Virus record (IMG/VR): IMGVR_UViG_3300032242_002944
Coordinates: 1-59,348 of that record
Origin: a virus
Lineage: Duplodnaviria > Caudoviricetes
DNA: 59,348 nucleotides
Direction: 5' to 3' (one strand)
Part shown: one piece after another, positions 18,044 through 29,400 of the stretch
Position numbering within the stretch: the stretch's first letter is position 1
Layout: each line of letters opens with the position of its first letter
The notes under the pieces: generated by a model
Database searches by the model: none
Seen by the model: the letters and a program-made list of their open reading frames with translations, nothing else
Told to the model about the DNA's origin: nothing
Position numbers and translations under genes: made by a program

Positions 18044-20929
18044 TCAGCGTTTGCGCGAGTACGACCCGCCGGCTTCCAGGTTTTGAGTCATGCTCATTTG
18101 CGTAGGAGCGGAATTCTTGATAGGTTTCGCGCCCTTGGGTGAGTCTGCCGCCGCGTCCGTTTGCTGTTCCGCGTGCCATTGCTGCTGGATTGTCGCCGTC
18201 CGGCGCGGGTCAACGTACGGGTCAGCCGCCAGACCGGTGGATTTCCCCACCTGGCGACGGGTGCCGAACTTCTGCGGCTCTTTGGCCGTTGCGGTATATT
18301 CCAGCACCTTCTCCGTATGGGCAGCCTTCAATTCAGGGTAGATCGCCTCGACCGCCTTGGACCCGTGCGGGGTCGGGTTGGCCAGCTCGGCTACGGGGTC
18401 CGCTAGGGCCTTGACCACTTGGTTGACCTTGGCGATCTGCGACTGCGACGGCGGCCGGTTGGAGCTGAATTTGGGCTGGAGCGGGTTGCCCTGGGGCGAG
18501 TTGGTCGCCATGGTCTTGGCGAGGTATTCCACGGCCATTTGGGACTTGATCTGGGAGTCCATCACAACCTTCGGGTATTGTGCCACTGCCCATTGCAGCG
18601 CCTTCCCAACGGTCCGGCCGGCCCAGCCAGGGTCCGAGGCGGCTTGCGTTGCCCCTTGTTTGATTTTATTGTAATTCGCGGAATTGATGACTGGAGGCGT
18701 CCCTACGTAAGGGGATTTACCCTGGGCCATACGCCGAGCCGACGCGGACAGGTTTTTATCCAAATCCGAGTAGGAATGATCCATCCGGCGCAGCAGGTCG
18801 ATGGCGCCCTTGCCCGTGCCGATGTGGCCGCCGAGGGTGGCCGCCCCGTACGCAGCAGCGCCTCCCAGCGGAGAGTGGCTCGCCAGACCGCCGATGCCGA
18901 ACGCCAGGGACCGCAAGATGCCACCGGAGAGCATCCCCTTGCTCTGCTGGACCCGTTGGAGGGTGTGAGCGAGCTGTGCCGCCCCTTCGGACAGCCGAAG
19001 GTTGTGCCCCAAAATCAGAAGAGAATCATTCAGGACGTCCTGCGTAGGGTGCAAATTGCGAAGGTCAAAGTGCTCGACCGTACGCTTGGCCGCCTCGTGT
19101 CCCTTGCGGAAATACTGCAAGACCCAAGGCATGACGGTCTGGACCTCAGACGCGCTCGGGTCGCGGAACAGCTTGAAAAACTTGTCCGTAGGGATAGGCT
19201 TTTGGTAGAACGAGTTCTTAGGGTCTACGCTCATCTTGAGGTAGCCCTCCTCAAAAAGCCTTCTCCCTGCAACAATTTGCTCGTGGTGTGGGGTATTGAT
19301 GGCGTCGAACTTCTGCGCCCAGGGGCCGAAATACTCCTCCGTACGCTGGATGTTGCGGAGCTTGTCGTACAGGCCGTTCACGCGCTCGGCGACGATCTTG
19401 GCGACGTCAGCGCCTACGACACTGCCTTTTCCTGCCGACGCTGCCACCAACCGGTTCATTTCCCGGCCGGCCTTCTTTCGCATTTCGTCGACGGTCCATG
19501 CCATGCCACCTACGTCGCCCGTTCGCTCGAACTTCTCTCCGCGCTTGAGCGTGTACTCAAGGTCTCGCGTAAGCTCCTTAGCCCACTTCTTGCCTTCAGG
19601 TTCCGCGATGCCTCGGACTTCGTCGATGACGTCCTGAAAAATGCTTTTGGCAGCGCTGTGCGCCGCATAGACTCCCTGTGCAGGCATTTCGTGCGCCTTT
19701 TTCTGCATGTTCCGCAGGCGGGCGTCTGAATGGCTTTCGTCGAGAATTTCGCGAGAGGCGTCGATGGCGTCCTCGGCCGCCTTTCGGCCGTTCATCTCGG
19801 CCTTACCGAGAATGCTTTCCCGTTGGTCCGCCAGAAAGCGTGCTTCAATTCCGGAAGGCTGTGTGTGCAAAAGCGGTGCAATTTGTTCGGCCGTCTGGCC
19901 TGTCAAAGGTGCCGTGCGCTCCGCCATCCCCTGCGCGGACCCGATCGGGATGTTGATCGATCGCTCTTTGCTCCCGACCACGCCCTCGTACGCGGGCTCC
20001 ATGCCCCGGCGGAGGTAGGCTGCTTCCTCCTCCGTGCCGAGCGCGAACGGGGTATCAGGCGCATCAGGTATCGCCGGTCCCCGGTTCAGGTCGTGGGAGA
20101 TCGGTACCGGGGCGCCCTGCCGTGCGGCAGCGTTCGGGTCCACGGCGGCCTTTTCGGCAGCCTTGGCCTCCGCCTTGATGCCCTTGCCGAGCGCACCAAA
20201 AGCGTAGTGCGCCGGCACGCCGATGGCAGAGAACAGGAGCCCGCCCATGAGCGCGCTGCTGACGACGTGCTCGACGAACAGGGCGGGGTTTTCGAGTTTG
20301 TCTTCGTTCGCTGCGTCCATCGCGGAGAACGCGGCGCCTTCGGCGAAATTCGACCCCGCCGTGGACGCAAGCTCCCCCATCCCCGCGCCGGTGAGAAGCC
20401 CCCCTGCCTTGCCTCCAAGTTTGCCGGCGATGACAGTCTTTGGGCTGTAGACGTTGGCGGCAAGATTTCCAATTTTGCCGGCGTTCGACTGGTTGAACGC
20501 CTCGATGTAGTCGCTGGCGTCGCTTTCGTTGTATCCCTCCGCCTCCAGGATCTTCTGGAGCGCCAGCTTCGCGCCCGGGAACGAGTTGGAGAAGTAACCG
20601 GCGGCGCCAGACGTGATGTTGCCGCCTACGGACTCTGACCACTCCTTGGTCAATTTTGCGATTTTGTCTTTGTGGTCGGCCTCCTCGTCCGTTGCCAGTC
20701 GGCCGCCCTGTGAAGCGGCAGCCATCGCGACGTCACGGGACACGCGGCCGTACGACCCGTCCCTGAAAAAGACGGGGTACTTGTCTTCTTGGTCCGGCGT
20801 GACGTCGTCGAAGGTGTACGGCTGCGATGCGTCGATCGTGACTTCAGGGATCGACGCAGGCTGTCCGGACGGCTCCGCAGGAGCCGCCTCGGAGTACGCC
20901 AGGAGCGGGTTTACGAGGGGGACACTCAC
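18044..20929 (-). CDS. Large internal virion / DNA-ejection protein
   Basis: 961 aa, helical, Gly/Ala hydrophobic hairpins; podovirus position. Confidence 0.6.
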   Translation of the reverse strand: MSVPLVNPLLAYSEAAPAEPSGQPASIPEVTIDASQPYTFDDVTPDQEDKYPVFFRDGSYGRVSRDVAMAAASQGGRLATDEEADHKDKIAKLTKEWSESVGGNITSGAAGYFSNSFPGAKLALQKILEAEGYNESDASDYIEAFNQSNAGKIGNLAANVYSPKTVIAGKLGGKAGGLLTGAGMGELASTAGSNFAEGAAFSAMDAANEDKLENPALFVEHVVSSALMGGLLFSAIGVPAHYAFGALGKGIKAEAKAAEKAAVDPNAAARQGAPVPISHDLNRGPAIPDAPDTPFALGTEEEAAYLRRGMEPAYEGVVGSKERSINIPIGSAQGMAERTAPLTGQTAEQIAPLLHTQPSGIEARFLADQRESILGKAEMNGRKAAEDAIDASREILDESHSDARLRNMQKKAHEMPAQGVYAAHSAAKSIFQDVIDEVRGIAEPEGKKWAKELTRDLEYTLKRGEKFERTGDVGGMAWTVDEMRKKAGREMNRLVAASAGKGSVVGADVAKIVAERVNGLYDKLRNIQRTEEYFGPWAQKFDAINTPHHEQIVAGRRLFEEGYLKMSVDPKNSFYQKPIPTDKFFKLFRDPSASEVQTVMPWVLQYFRKGHEAAKRTVEHFDLRNLHPTQDVLNDSLLILGHNLRLSEGAAQLAHTLQRVQQSKGMLSGGILRSLAFGIGGLASHSPLGGAAAYGAATLGGHIGTGKGAIDLLRRMDHSYSDLDKNLSASARRMAQGKSPYVGTPPVINSANYNKIKQGATQAASDPGWAGRTVGKALQWAVAQYPKVVMDSQIKSQMAVEYLAKTMATNSPQGNPLQPKFSSNRPPSQSQIAKVNQVVKALADPVAELANPTPHGSKAVEAIYPELKAAHTEKVLEYTATAKEPQKFGTRRQVGKSTGLAADPYVDPRRTATIQQQWHAEQQTDAAADSPKGAKPIKNSAPTQMSMTQNLEAGGSYSRKR

Positions 20930-22620
20930 TTTTTGGTGTTACCAATGAGTCGGTGCCAGTCCGCCTGAAGGTCTTTCGGCAACTGCGAGACCATCTCAGG
21001 AACGATTTGCGACAACAGCATCTGCTTCACCGTCGCCTTTGCGGCAGCGGCTTCTTCGTCTGATTGGAAGCTGGACCCGACAATAGCCAAAGTCTTCTTC
21101 GCGCTGTCGTTTTCGGAGTTCATTCCGGGCTTCTGGAAAGACGTCTCGATAGCTGCCTTTGCAGCCGCGGCTTTCGTGTTGAAAACTGTAGACGCGAGCC
21201 TGTTCCCGATTTCGCTGACGTACTTGCCACCGGGGAGCAAATGCTGCTCGGCATTCATCGGGAGCCACCCCTCTTTGACGGCTTTCTGATAATCGTCCAC
21301 GTACTTCAAAATGTTGGGGATAGTCTGGGCGAGCGTCGCCTGGTGCGTATACGCCTCGCTCTCCAGCTTATGCTCCTCTTGCTTGTTAGGGTCCTGGAAC
21401 TTCAGGTCGATCTTCGGGTGCTTGTCGTTGATCGGGATGATCCCCGACATCTGGCCCATGCCTTCCGCGATTTGTGCAACAGAAAGCCCCGCCGTGTTCT
21501 CCTTCGAGTTCGCAAGTTTGGCGGCCTCCAACGTGAGCGTGTCGATACGCCCCTGTTGGTAGCGCGCGTTGGCCATGGCCGCTGACGCAGCCGCGGCGTC
21601 GGCCTTTTTCTGGTCCTCGAACTGACGCTTTTGGATTGCAGTAAGCGTCTGCTCCATCACTTTCTGGTTGATGGGCAGCCCGCGCTGGGCTGCGTCGGCC
21701 TTGATGCGCTGCTGCGCGTACTCCCACATATGAGCCCGCCGGTCGGCCTGGTACACGCGAAGCTCTTGCGCCTGCCGCATGTTGTCTTCCAAGTCCATCC
21801 CGTACTGCTGGGCGAGCTTCATCTTCTGGTCAATCGCGTACTTCTGCGCGTCAATGTCGCGCTCGATCGCCTTGTCCAGCATCTGGAGCGCGGGAGACAC
21901 GCCGCCCCCGTAAGGGGACGTCAGCGCGCTGCCGATGAGAGCGAGCGACGTGCCGAACATGCCAAGCGCCGACTGCGACTTGAAATAACGGTCAGGGTCG
22001 ACAGAAGAATTCTGGTACGCCGCCATCATGGCGTCGCGTCGCTCTTGAATCTTCTTGCGCTCGCCTTGGAGGGCCTGATACTGCTCCTCGTGACGCGCGT
22101 CCATCTCGCCAAGAGACGTGACGGCGTCCTGCTCCATCCCCGCCTTAGCACGGGCGGCGTCCTGCTCCAGGACACCTTTCTTCTGCTCCAGCTCCAGCTC
22201 ACGGGCGTTCAGATACGCCTGTTTCTTGCCAGGCGCGACCTTGCTAAGATCGGTGATGGGGCTGGGAGCTGCGGCTGCCGCCACGGCGTCGGCGTCGGCA
22301 CCGGGCGGGGGCGTCGTCGTGACGTTATCGCCTTGGACGGTCGTCAACGGGGCCTGAATCGGCGGCGCAACGCCAGGGGGCGGAACCGTGGTGATGTTGT
22401 CGCCCTCAACCACCGTTGCGGGGGCCTGGATCGCAGGCGGCTCCGGTGGCGCCTCCGACGGAAGGCCGCCCGTCAGGGCCATGTGCCGTGCCGTAGCGTA
22501 GTCCACCATCTCGGGCGAGCTGCGGCCGTCCGCTCCCTGGGCCCACGCACGAACACGCGCAAGGGCATCCGGAGTGGGGGCCGCGTCGGATACGGGCGCA
22601 GTGATGCGGGGGTCGATCAT
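20926..22620 (-). CDS. Internal virion / ejection protein
   Basis: Pro-rich N-terminus, coiled coils, VDPDRYF...ALQMLDKAIERDIDAQK segment. Confidence 0.6.
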   Translation of the reverse strand: MIDPRITAPVSDAAPTPDALARVRAWAQGADGRSSPEMVDYATARHMALTGGLPSEAPPEPPAIQAPATVVEGDNITTVPPPGVAPPIQAPLTTVQGDNVTTTPPPGADADAVAAAAAPSPITDLSKVAPGKKQAYLNARELELEQKKGVLEQDAARAKAGMEQDAVTSLGEMDARHEEQYQALQGERKKIQERRDAMMAAYQNSSVDPDRYFKSQSALGMFGTSLALIGSALTSPYGGGVSPALQMLDKAIERDIDAQKYAIDQKMKLAQQYGMDLEDNMRQAQELRVYQADRRAHMWEYAQQRIKADAAQRGLPINQKVMEQTLTAIQKRQFEDQKKADAAAASAAMANARYQQGRIDTLTLEAAKLANSKENTAGLSVAQIAEGMGQMSGIIPINDKHPKIDLKFQDPNKQEEHKLESEAYTHQATLAQTIPNILKYVDDYQKAVKEGWLPMNAEQHLLPGGKYVSEIGNRLASTVFNTKAAAAKAAIETSFQKPGMNSENDSAKKTLAIVGSSFQSDEEAAAAKATVKQMLLSQIVPEMVSQLPKDLQADWHRLIGNTKK

Positions 22621-23396
22621 TTGTACATCGCCAACAGGGACTTGAAAGCGTGGTCGTCCGCGGGCTGCGGGATCGACGCGGCCATCTTGCGGGCCTGGTC
22701 AAGGTCTGCCTTCTCCCGCGCCGCCTGCGCCATGGCGGCCGACCGCGCGTCGTACTGCGCCGTCTGCGCGTCAGCCCAACGAGCGGCTTCGGCCGCAGCG
22801 CGGGGGTCGACGGGGGGGCCGTCCGGGACGACCTTGCCGTCCTTCGCGGCGATCTCGGTTTCGGCAGCTTCCTGCGGAAGGTGCTTTTTCACCATGTGCT
22901 TCGCGACAGACAAGTCTCGTCCGTCAGGGTCCATGGTCGTGTCCTGCAAGTACTTCACGCCCGTGTGCTCGGACGGCACGTACACAGGGCCGGTTCCTGG
23001 CAAGGCATCGTTGGGGATAGTCCGAGCCATATGCCGCGCCGTAGCGAAATCGCGGAAGTCAGGCGACGCCTTCGTGTCAAGCTCCTGCTTGTCGCGAGCA
23101 AACGTCTTCGGCTCGTACGCCGCCCGGTACGGGTCCGGCGCCCCGTCGTCTTTCGGGAGAGTGCGCGCCATCGCCCGTGCGGTTTCCAAGTCGCCTCGGC
23201 TCGCCCAGGCACGAGCCCGCGCCAGCGCTTCCGGAGACGGGCGCGCGTCGGACGCGGGGGCAAGGAGGCGCGGGGCAGCCGCCCTCGCCGGGGCGGGGAC
23301 GGAGATCACCATCTCCGGCAGGGTCACCTCCTGCGGCGCAGGCGCAGGCGGGTGGAGTAGAAACAACGGACGGCTGGGGGATTTCTTCTTTTCCAT
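22617..23396 (-). CDS. Pro/Ala-rich hypothetical virion-region protein with repeated D-x-x-x-A-[RK]-x-M motif
   Basis: ATGA coupled; repeated motif shared with next gene. Confidence 0.55.
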   Translation of the reverse strand: MEKKKSPSRPLFLLHPPAPAPQEVTLPEMVISVPAPARAAAPRLLAPASDARPSPEALARARAWASRGDLETARAMARTLPKDDGAPDPYRAAYEPKTFARDKQELDTKASPDFRDFATARHMARTIPNDALPGTGPVYVPSEHTGVKYLQDTTMDPDGRDLSVAKHMVKKHLPQEAAETEIAAKDGKVVPDGPPVDPRAAAEAARWADAQTAQYDARSAAMAQAAREKADLDQARKMAASIPQPADDHAFKSLLAMYK

Positions 23397-23408
23397 TGTT
23401 GTCTCAGA

Positions 23409-24728
23409 TCACTGAATCGGGATCTTTTGAATGTCGCGCCTAATTTGATCCGTGCCGTTTGGGTCTTTGAATTTATCGTAAACACGATTTGCGAAATCGA
23501 AAGCCCCCCCGGCGGCCTGGACCCCGCCGCCGATCGCCTTGATATCGTTCACCGTGCCTTCGCTGTGCTGCTGCGCGGCAGACGTATTTGCATTCTGCCG
23601 ACCCGTGCCCGCGTTGTAGGCGTTCACGACGCCCGTTTGGCCACCCGTGAGCAACCCGCCGGCGGTGTTCACTCCCTGAAAGTACCCATTGTACTTCCCG
23701 AGGTTGTAATCCGAGTCGATTTTTGCCGTGTCCGTCAGCAGCCCGCGGCGATCCGTGTTGCCCCCCTGAATGTAGCTCGTGAGGCTGTTGCCGTACGCCG
23801 TGTTTGCCTGCGTGTCTGTGCCGTAGATGTTCGTCAGGTTGTTGTACGCACCAGCTTGCATCTGGGCCATGAGTCCCGCCGCCGCGTTGCCGGCCTGCTG
23901 GTTGTTCTGCCCGGCTTGCATCATCGCCGTGCGATTCGCTAGCGCGGACGCACCCGCGCCACCTCGCGCGCTGTTGGCCACGCTCATGGCCTGGGCGTTC
24001 GAAGCGTCGAGGCCGGCCGTGAGCTGCGCCCGCGCCGCGTCGGCCGCGGGACCTTTACCCTCGGCGAGGAGCTTCAGCGACGCGCGCAGCGGGTCCGCCT
24101 CGCGCTTCGCGACGTCGGCGTCATGCTGTGCTCGGATCAGCCCCAGGCCCTCGCCGTACTTCTTCTCCCACCCGTCAACGTCGGGGAGCGTCGCGTGGCT
24201 GTTGAGCAGATCTTTGGCGTTCTTGACAACGTCCCCTGACATCTGGGTCAAGGTAGCGTTGGTCTTGGCGGCTACGCCAGAAGGCGAGCCGCTGGCGGTC
24301 TTGGCGTCCTCCTCGCGGTTGCCTTGCTGCCAGAAGGGCGTTGCCGCCAGCTTCTGCTTCATCTGGTCGATGACTTGCTGACGGCCCTCTGCTTTGGAGT
24401 GATCCGTTTTGTCAAGACTGTTGTTAGAGGACTGGAAAGCGTCGAGCTGTTTCCGCAGGTAGTCGTAAGCATCCCGCTTTGACATTTTGTAAATGTCAGC
24501 GGGCTGGAGATTGGAACCGGAATATGCCAGAATGTACGAGACTGCGTCGTGTAGATCCGGACTAACGTCCTCCTTGTACCACCCCTCATCCAGCGGCGTC
24601 TTGCTGCCGTCGGCGGGAGGAGTCGAGTACAGGTAGCTCGGGGCTGCCGCCTGCTGCGGAGGCGCCTGCGGAGCGGGTGCGGGGGTCGTGATCAGCCCTC
24701 CGCCCCCGTCTACGGTTCGGAGTGCCAT
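23409..24728 (-). CDS. Putative DNA-pilot / internal virion protein
   Basis: Q/A/N/G-rich helical segment (GKGPAADAARAQL...AQAMSVANSARGG), Gly-rich C-terminal hydrophobic stretch. Confidence 0.55.
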   Translation of the reverse strand: MALRTVDGGGGLITTPAPAPQAPPQQAAAPSYLYSTPPADGSKTPLDEGWYKEDVSPDLHDAVSYILAYSGSNLQPADIYKMSKRDAYDYLRKQLDAFQSSNNSLDKTDHSKAEGRQQVIDQMKQKLAATPFWQQGNREEDAKTASGSPSGVAAKTNATLTQMSGDVVKNAKDLLNSHATLPDVDGWEKKYGEGLGLIRAQHDADVAKREADPLRASLKLLAEGKGPAADAARAQLTAGLDASNAQAMSVANSARGGAGASALANRTAMMQAGQNNQQAGNAAAGLMAQMQAGAYNNLTNIYGTDTQANTAYGNSLTSYIQGGNTDRRGLLTDTAKIDSDYNLGKYNGYFQGVNTAGGLLTGGQTGVVNAYNAGTGRQNANTSAAQQHSEGTVNDIKAIGGGVQAAGGAFDFANRVYDKFKDPNGTDQIRRDIQKIPIQ

Positions 24729-24729
24729 G

Positions 24730-25092
24730 TCAGCCCCCTCGCCAGTTCAGTTGGTTCTGGTCCAAAGGCGCGCTACCGAACGCCGGCGTGGCCAGCGGCT
24801 GCGGCCGAGGCTCCGGCACGGACGACCCCGCGTCGACCTTTGCGGCGGGCTGCACCGGAGGCGCGACGAGCGACGGTGGCGCCTGCACGGGCGCAGGCGG
24901 GGCGCCAGGTCGCGGCGCAGGGCCGCCCGACGCCATGTCGGCGACGGCGCCGACCGTCCCGATCATGCTGCCCGCCGCGCCCAGGGCCCCGGCCGCTTCC
25001 GTGGCCGTGGTGGCCGCCGCGGCGGCGCCCAGCGTGCCTGCCCCGAAGGCGGACGCGATGCCCGCAGTAAGTGCGCCGATCACAGGAGGCAT
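24730..25092 (-). CDS. Small Gly/Ala-rich internal virion protein
   Basis: Hydrophobic Gly/Ala N-terminus, Pro-rich tail. Confidence 0.5.
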   Translation of the reverse strand: MPPVIGALTAGIASAFGAGTLGAAAAATTATEAAGALGAAGSMIGTVGAVADMASGGPAPRPGAPPAPVQAPPSLVAPPVQPAAKVDAGSSVPEPRPQPLATPAFGSAPLDQNQLNWRGG

Positions 25093-25460
25093 CAGACTTC
25101 CCTCGCGAAGAATTGGCCGTTACGGCCAAAAGACGGACCTACAACACGGTTGAGTATAGCACAAACGCCCTTGTTTTGCGAATAAAACAGCAACAGTTTC
25201 CCCTTGTTCACCTTGACAGCGTGTTCCGCGAGCTGCGTAACAGCCCGGTGGACGGAACGCGGGTCGCTTTCGGGATTCGAGATTAGCGAATCCACATAAG
25301 TTACGCTACTTTGCGTGTGGTAGAAGAAGACGCACGCCGTGTACGGTACCCACACCCCCGTGGGCGGCACGCGGTCACGGTGGAGCGGCCCCGTCCCGCG
25401 CTTTTGCAGCCAGGACGCAATTTCGGTCAGCGCTAGGGCGTCGACAGCTTCGACGGTCAA
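25092..25460 (-). CDS. Hypothetical protein, possible acetyltransferase-fold virion assembly factor
   Basis: Position between tail and ejection genes; YVDSLISNP...R pattern. Confidence 0.45.
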   Translation of the reverse strand: MTVEAVDALALTEIASWLQKRGTGPLHRDRVPPTGVWVPYTACVFFYHTQSSVTYVDSLISNPESDPRSVHRAVTQLAEHAVKVNKGKLLLFYSQNKGVCAILNRVVGPSFGRNGQFFAREV

Positions 25461-26410
25461 AGCTGTTCCTCTTCCTCGTTGGGCAGAACCTCGTAATCCT
25501 CCGGCGAGGGCGTGCGAAACTCAGAAACCGTGTAGGCTCGCCCTGACGGAATCTTTCGGGCTTCTTCCAGCCTGTTCTTGTAGTAATTTCTCTGGAAATC
25601 CTGATAGTTCCTATTGCTCTCCGCCTCCCCTTGAGTCATTGGGATCGGGAACGGAGGTTTCGTGTCGTCTTGCGGCTCTATTCTCATGACATGAGCGAGC
25701 TGGGCTGTTACGTAGTTCTTTTTCGCCGCTTCGATGGACTCCCTGGTCGGGATGATCTGGAAATCTGTGTTTGGCGTCATGTCAACGTCCGTGTGCGCAC
25801 TTCTGTCCAGCTCGTTCGCGTCGAGAGTGCGCGCAAGAAGCAGCCCCGCCTTGCTGGCCGTCGGCACGTAAGGCTTAGGCTGCGGAACCCCCGCCGCGCG
25901 CTCTTTCACTGCGGCAGAAAACCTCCCCATTCCTTCGGGCGGGGGCTCATAGTGCTTGGTTTCATCCGCGATGACTGTCCCGTGAATCTGGTCAACCAGT
26001 CTGTCGTCTACCCATCTCGGAGCGTCGGGCCGTGCGTACTGACTCTCCTCTGAGAACGTGGCGTGATAGGGCGTTTTCCAGATATCAGGGGAATGGATTT
26101 TGTTATCGCTTGGGTTCACCTCAGTGACTGCCCGCGGGTCTCCGTGTTGGCCTGCTCGCCAAAAACCGCGGGTGTCATAGTCTTTCTCGTATGCGGGAAT
26201 ATCGTGAGCTTTTGCCCAAGCCAGGTACTGCTTCTCTTCTTCCGGAGTCAGCTTAGTCTCGTAAGGCTGACCGTTCCAGTATTGAGACGGCGTTTCGCGC
26301 AGTTCCCCTGGTTGGACATATTCTACTTTTGGCACAACGTATGCCGGCCTGGGTTCCCCCAAAGAAGGAAGCGGCTTTCCAGCGAACATCGGCAATTTAG
26401 GGTCCGCCAT
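25457..26410 (-). CDS. Hypothetical protein
   Basis: Start ATG 26410 abuts upstream stop; conserved-looking core YDTRGFW...H.PD.WKTPYH.TFSEESQY. Confidence 0.6.
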   Translation of the reverse strand: MADPKLPMFAGKPLPSLGEPRPAYVVPKVEYVQPGELRETPSQYWNGQPYETKLTPEEEKQYLAWAKAHDIPAYEKDYDTRGFWRAGQHGDPRAVTEVNPSDNKIHSPDIWKTPYHATFSEESQYARPDAPRWVDDRLVDQIHGTVIADETKHYEPPPEGMGRFSAAVKERAAGVPQPKPYVPTASKAGLLLARTLDANELDRSAHTDVDMTPNTDFQIIPTRESIEAAKKNYVTAQLAHVMRIEPQDDTKPPFPIPMTQGEAESNRNYQDFQRNYYKNRLEEARKIPSGRAYTVSEFRTPSPEDYEVLPNEEEEQL

Positions 26411-26411
26411 G

Positions 26412-29400
26412 TTACTTCCTGTTCCCCGAAGGCCGCTTGGTCGGCCGCGGCGTGGGGACGAATTCCACGCCAAAGCTCTGGATCGCGTAGCCCTGGCCGC
26501 TGTTGGTAGGGCTTGCGACGTTGTCGTAAAAGTACGCCGCGACGGCAGAGATTTTTTGCGTAGACGGGAACACTTGAAGCACGCGCTGCGTAGCGCCGCC
26601 CGAGAGTGCGGCCATCTCCGCGCTGGTCCAGGTGCGGGAGTCCGTCGCGGTCGTGTTGTAGTCCGTCAGCGAAGACACGAACGTTCCGCACTCGTCCGAA
26701 CTGAGACGCTCCAGCTTGACGGTGATGGACTTCACCCGGTGCCACCCCTCGTCAGCCGCCCCTTCGGGGGTCACGAACGACGTCATGAAGACCATTTGAA
26801 CGAACGTCGCACCGCCGTCCAGGTACGACGACCGATCATACTTGTAAATATTTAGCGCCGTGTCCGCGAAGTACAGGTCGCCGTTCCACACGCAGCCCGT
26901 AACGGGGGTGATGCTGGACCCTGCCGCGTTAGCGAAGTTGAATTTGCTCCACGCCATGTTCAGGTAGTCGAACACCAGCACCGTGCCGTTGTTGCAGAAG
27001 AACCACGCTTGCGAGTCTTTAGGGTACACCACCGCTCCTGTGATGGTGACCGACGACGAGAGCGTATCCTCGACTTGGCGGCCGACGTAGGTCAGCTCCA
27101 GCTTCGGGCCCAGCACATACATCCCGCGCGGGCCGCGGAAGACGAGCCCGACGGGCGTGTACACAACGGAGTTCCTGTCCACGCAGCCGACCTCGTCGGA
27201 GATCAATGTCGGGAGGGAATAGGCGCCGTCCACGCCCTCGTCGTTCGGCCCCTGACCCGTAATAGAGTAAAGTGCGCTGTCTTTGAGGACGATCAAATGT
27301 TGATCCAACCCCTGGAGCGCCACAACCCTCCCGCCTTGAAAGGGCTGGACCGTCAAGCCCTCATTGAACCCTGGGCGCTCGGTGGCGACGTACTCTTTGG
27401 AGAACCAAATCGTGTCGTCGGGCGTCCCGCCGACCCACATGCGTCCTTGCCATGCAGCGATAGCTGTGCCACCCGTAGGACACACGTTGTCTAGCACCCC
27501 CCCTGTCGTGTACAACTGCCGGTAGGAGGCGTTAGGCTCGTCCGAAATGGCAAACGTGTACGTGCCCGTACTGGGAGTTACCTCAACTGTGCGCTTTAGG
27601 AACAACCGATCGTCGTTCTTCGGCGTCATGTACAGCTCAAGCAGCGCCGGTCGGTTGTTCCACACGGAATCTGAAATCTGAGGGGACGAGACTTTTACAG
27701 AAGCGTTCGTGTTGGCGCTCCCAACCGCCGTGGCGACCGAAAAGGGCGCGCTGCGGACAGTGTTTCCGCGCTTGTCGGTGTAGGCCCAGCAGGCCGCGAA
27801 CGTGTATGCCGCCCCGGCAGTGAGGCTGCCACCACTCGCGGACCACGTCACCGTCATACCTGGAAAATCGTATGGCACAGCTTCGTTGATTTGCGTGCCG
27901 TCAAACGTCCGGCAGCCGCCGTTTGGGGTGTACGCTAGCCCGCCGAGGGAGTCGTTCACCGATGGCAGCGTCGACGAAAGGTCCCATTTGTATGAAACCA
28001 AACTCGTGTAGTTGCCGGTGTCGAGGGAATACGCGGCGGCGCCCACGAGAGTTGAAGCGCTGGGCTGCGCGAGCTTGCCTGCGGGCGGGAGCGTCGCCGC
28101 TCCTACCACTACGGGGTTACCGGACGCGGCGCGCGTGCGGCACACGCTAGCTACCTGTGGCTTTACCCACGAAGCCGTAACGGTCCCAGGTCCGCTGGGG
28201 TCATTCCACCACCAAACGAGGGAAATGTTGCCAGTAGTCGTAGTCGTAGAAGGGAATGCAGATGTCAAGACTAGCTGCACGACATACGTATTGTTACCGT
28301 AAGTGATAAGCTCAGGCCGAGACAGAATGTCTGCATTGTAAACAGTTTGAAGGTTACTTGTCCCGCTCGGGAACGCCCCCGTCGTGTTGTAGATGCCAAA
28401 TGACGAGTACTGGTTCGTGCCGGACCGGATGGTCCAGGAAATAAACGCGGTCGTGTTGTTGGTAGCGTTCACCGCGAGCTGCGACGCCGTTGTGGTTGCA
28501 TCAAGAACAGCTTTGGAGCTGGAAGAAGAGATGGTGCCAGCCGATACCGTGGCGACAATCAAGTTCACAGAAGAGGAACTCGTCCCCGTCTGAACAACCC
28601 AAATATAGCCTGAAGAGTAATACGTCGCAATGCCGGTCGTCTGCGTCGCGGTACCGCCGGTGCCGTACGTAAGCGTTGACGTGCTCACGACGGAATGTGA
28701 CGTGTTGAAAGTTTTCAACGTTACGTTGGACGTAGCGATGGCGCCATACGCGATCGAATAGTAAGATCCCGCCGTGCACGCGGACACGTCGAACGATTTC
28801 GCTCCCGTGAGGCCATATGCCGTCACGGACGTTGCGAACTGCATCGTGCTGGGGTCAAACTCCGTGCGTTTGAGTGTGCCCGCCGCTCCGTTGTTCGTCG
28901 TGAAGACGATAAGAAACTTGCTATTGAAGTAGACCACTCGCACGAACGAGTCCGCTCCGCTTGTGCCGAGAGCCTCGATCGGGAACTTCGGTACGACAAC
29001 TTCCTCCGTAGCGACTGCTCGAACTTCGGAATACAGGTTGATAACCGGCGTGCCGCCCGAATCCGTCGACACTTCCAACCACGCCAGCACCTGGTACGTT
29101 GCGTTGGCGTCGCTATCAAAGCCGCAAATCCGTGGAGTGTAGGATGTGTCCCCCTGGGACCCCACTTTGCCGTAACCCGCCACCGCCGTCTCAGTGGCTG
29201 GAAGCGAAATCGCAATGTCGTTCCGGACGAGCGCATTCTGCGCGGCGGAATAGGTGTACGTGGAGCAGTCCGTCTGGAGTGCGAGGGTGTTCCCGGCGTT
29301 GAACAGCCCTGTAACAAACGTGTCCGTGGGCGCCGTTGCCGGAAGCGGCTTGCGGGCGCCATCCTGCGGCACCACATTGGCGCTGGTGTTGATTTTCGTC

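Noticed and set aside
21631-23415. Long plus-strand ORFs antisense to structural genes (also 18419-19729, 32256-33491, 35074-36288, 3791-4828)
   Set aside because: Shadow ORFs expected from high-GC codon bias; no motifs, and they fully overlap well-supported minus-strand genes
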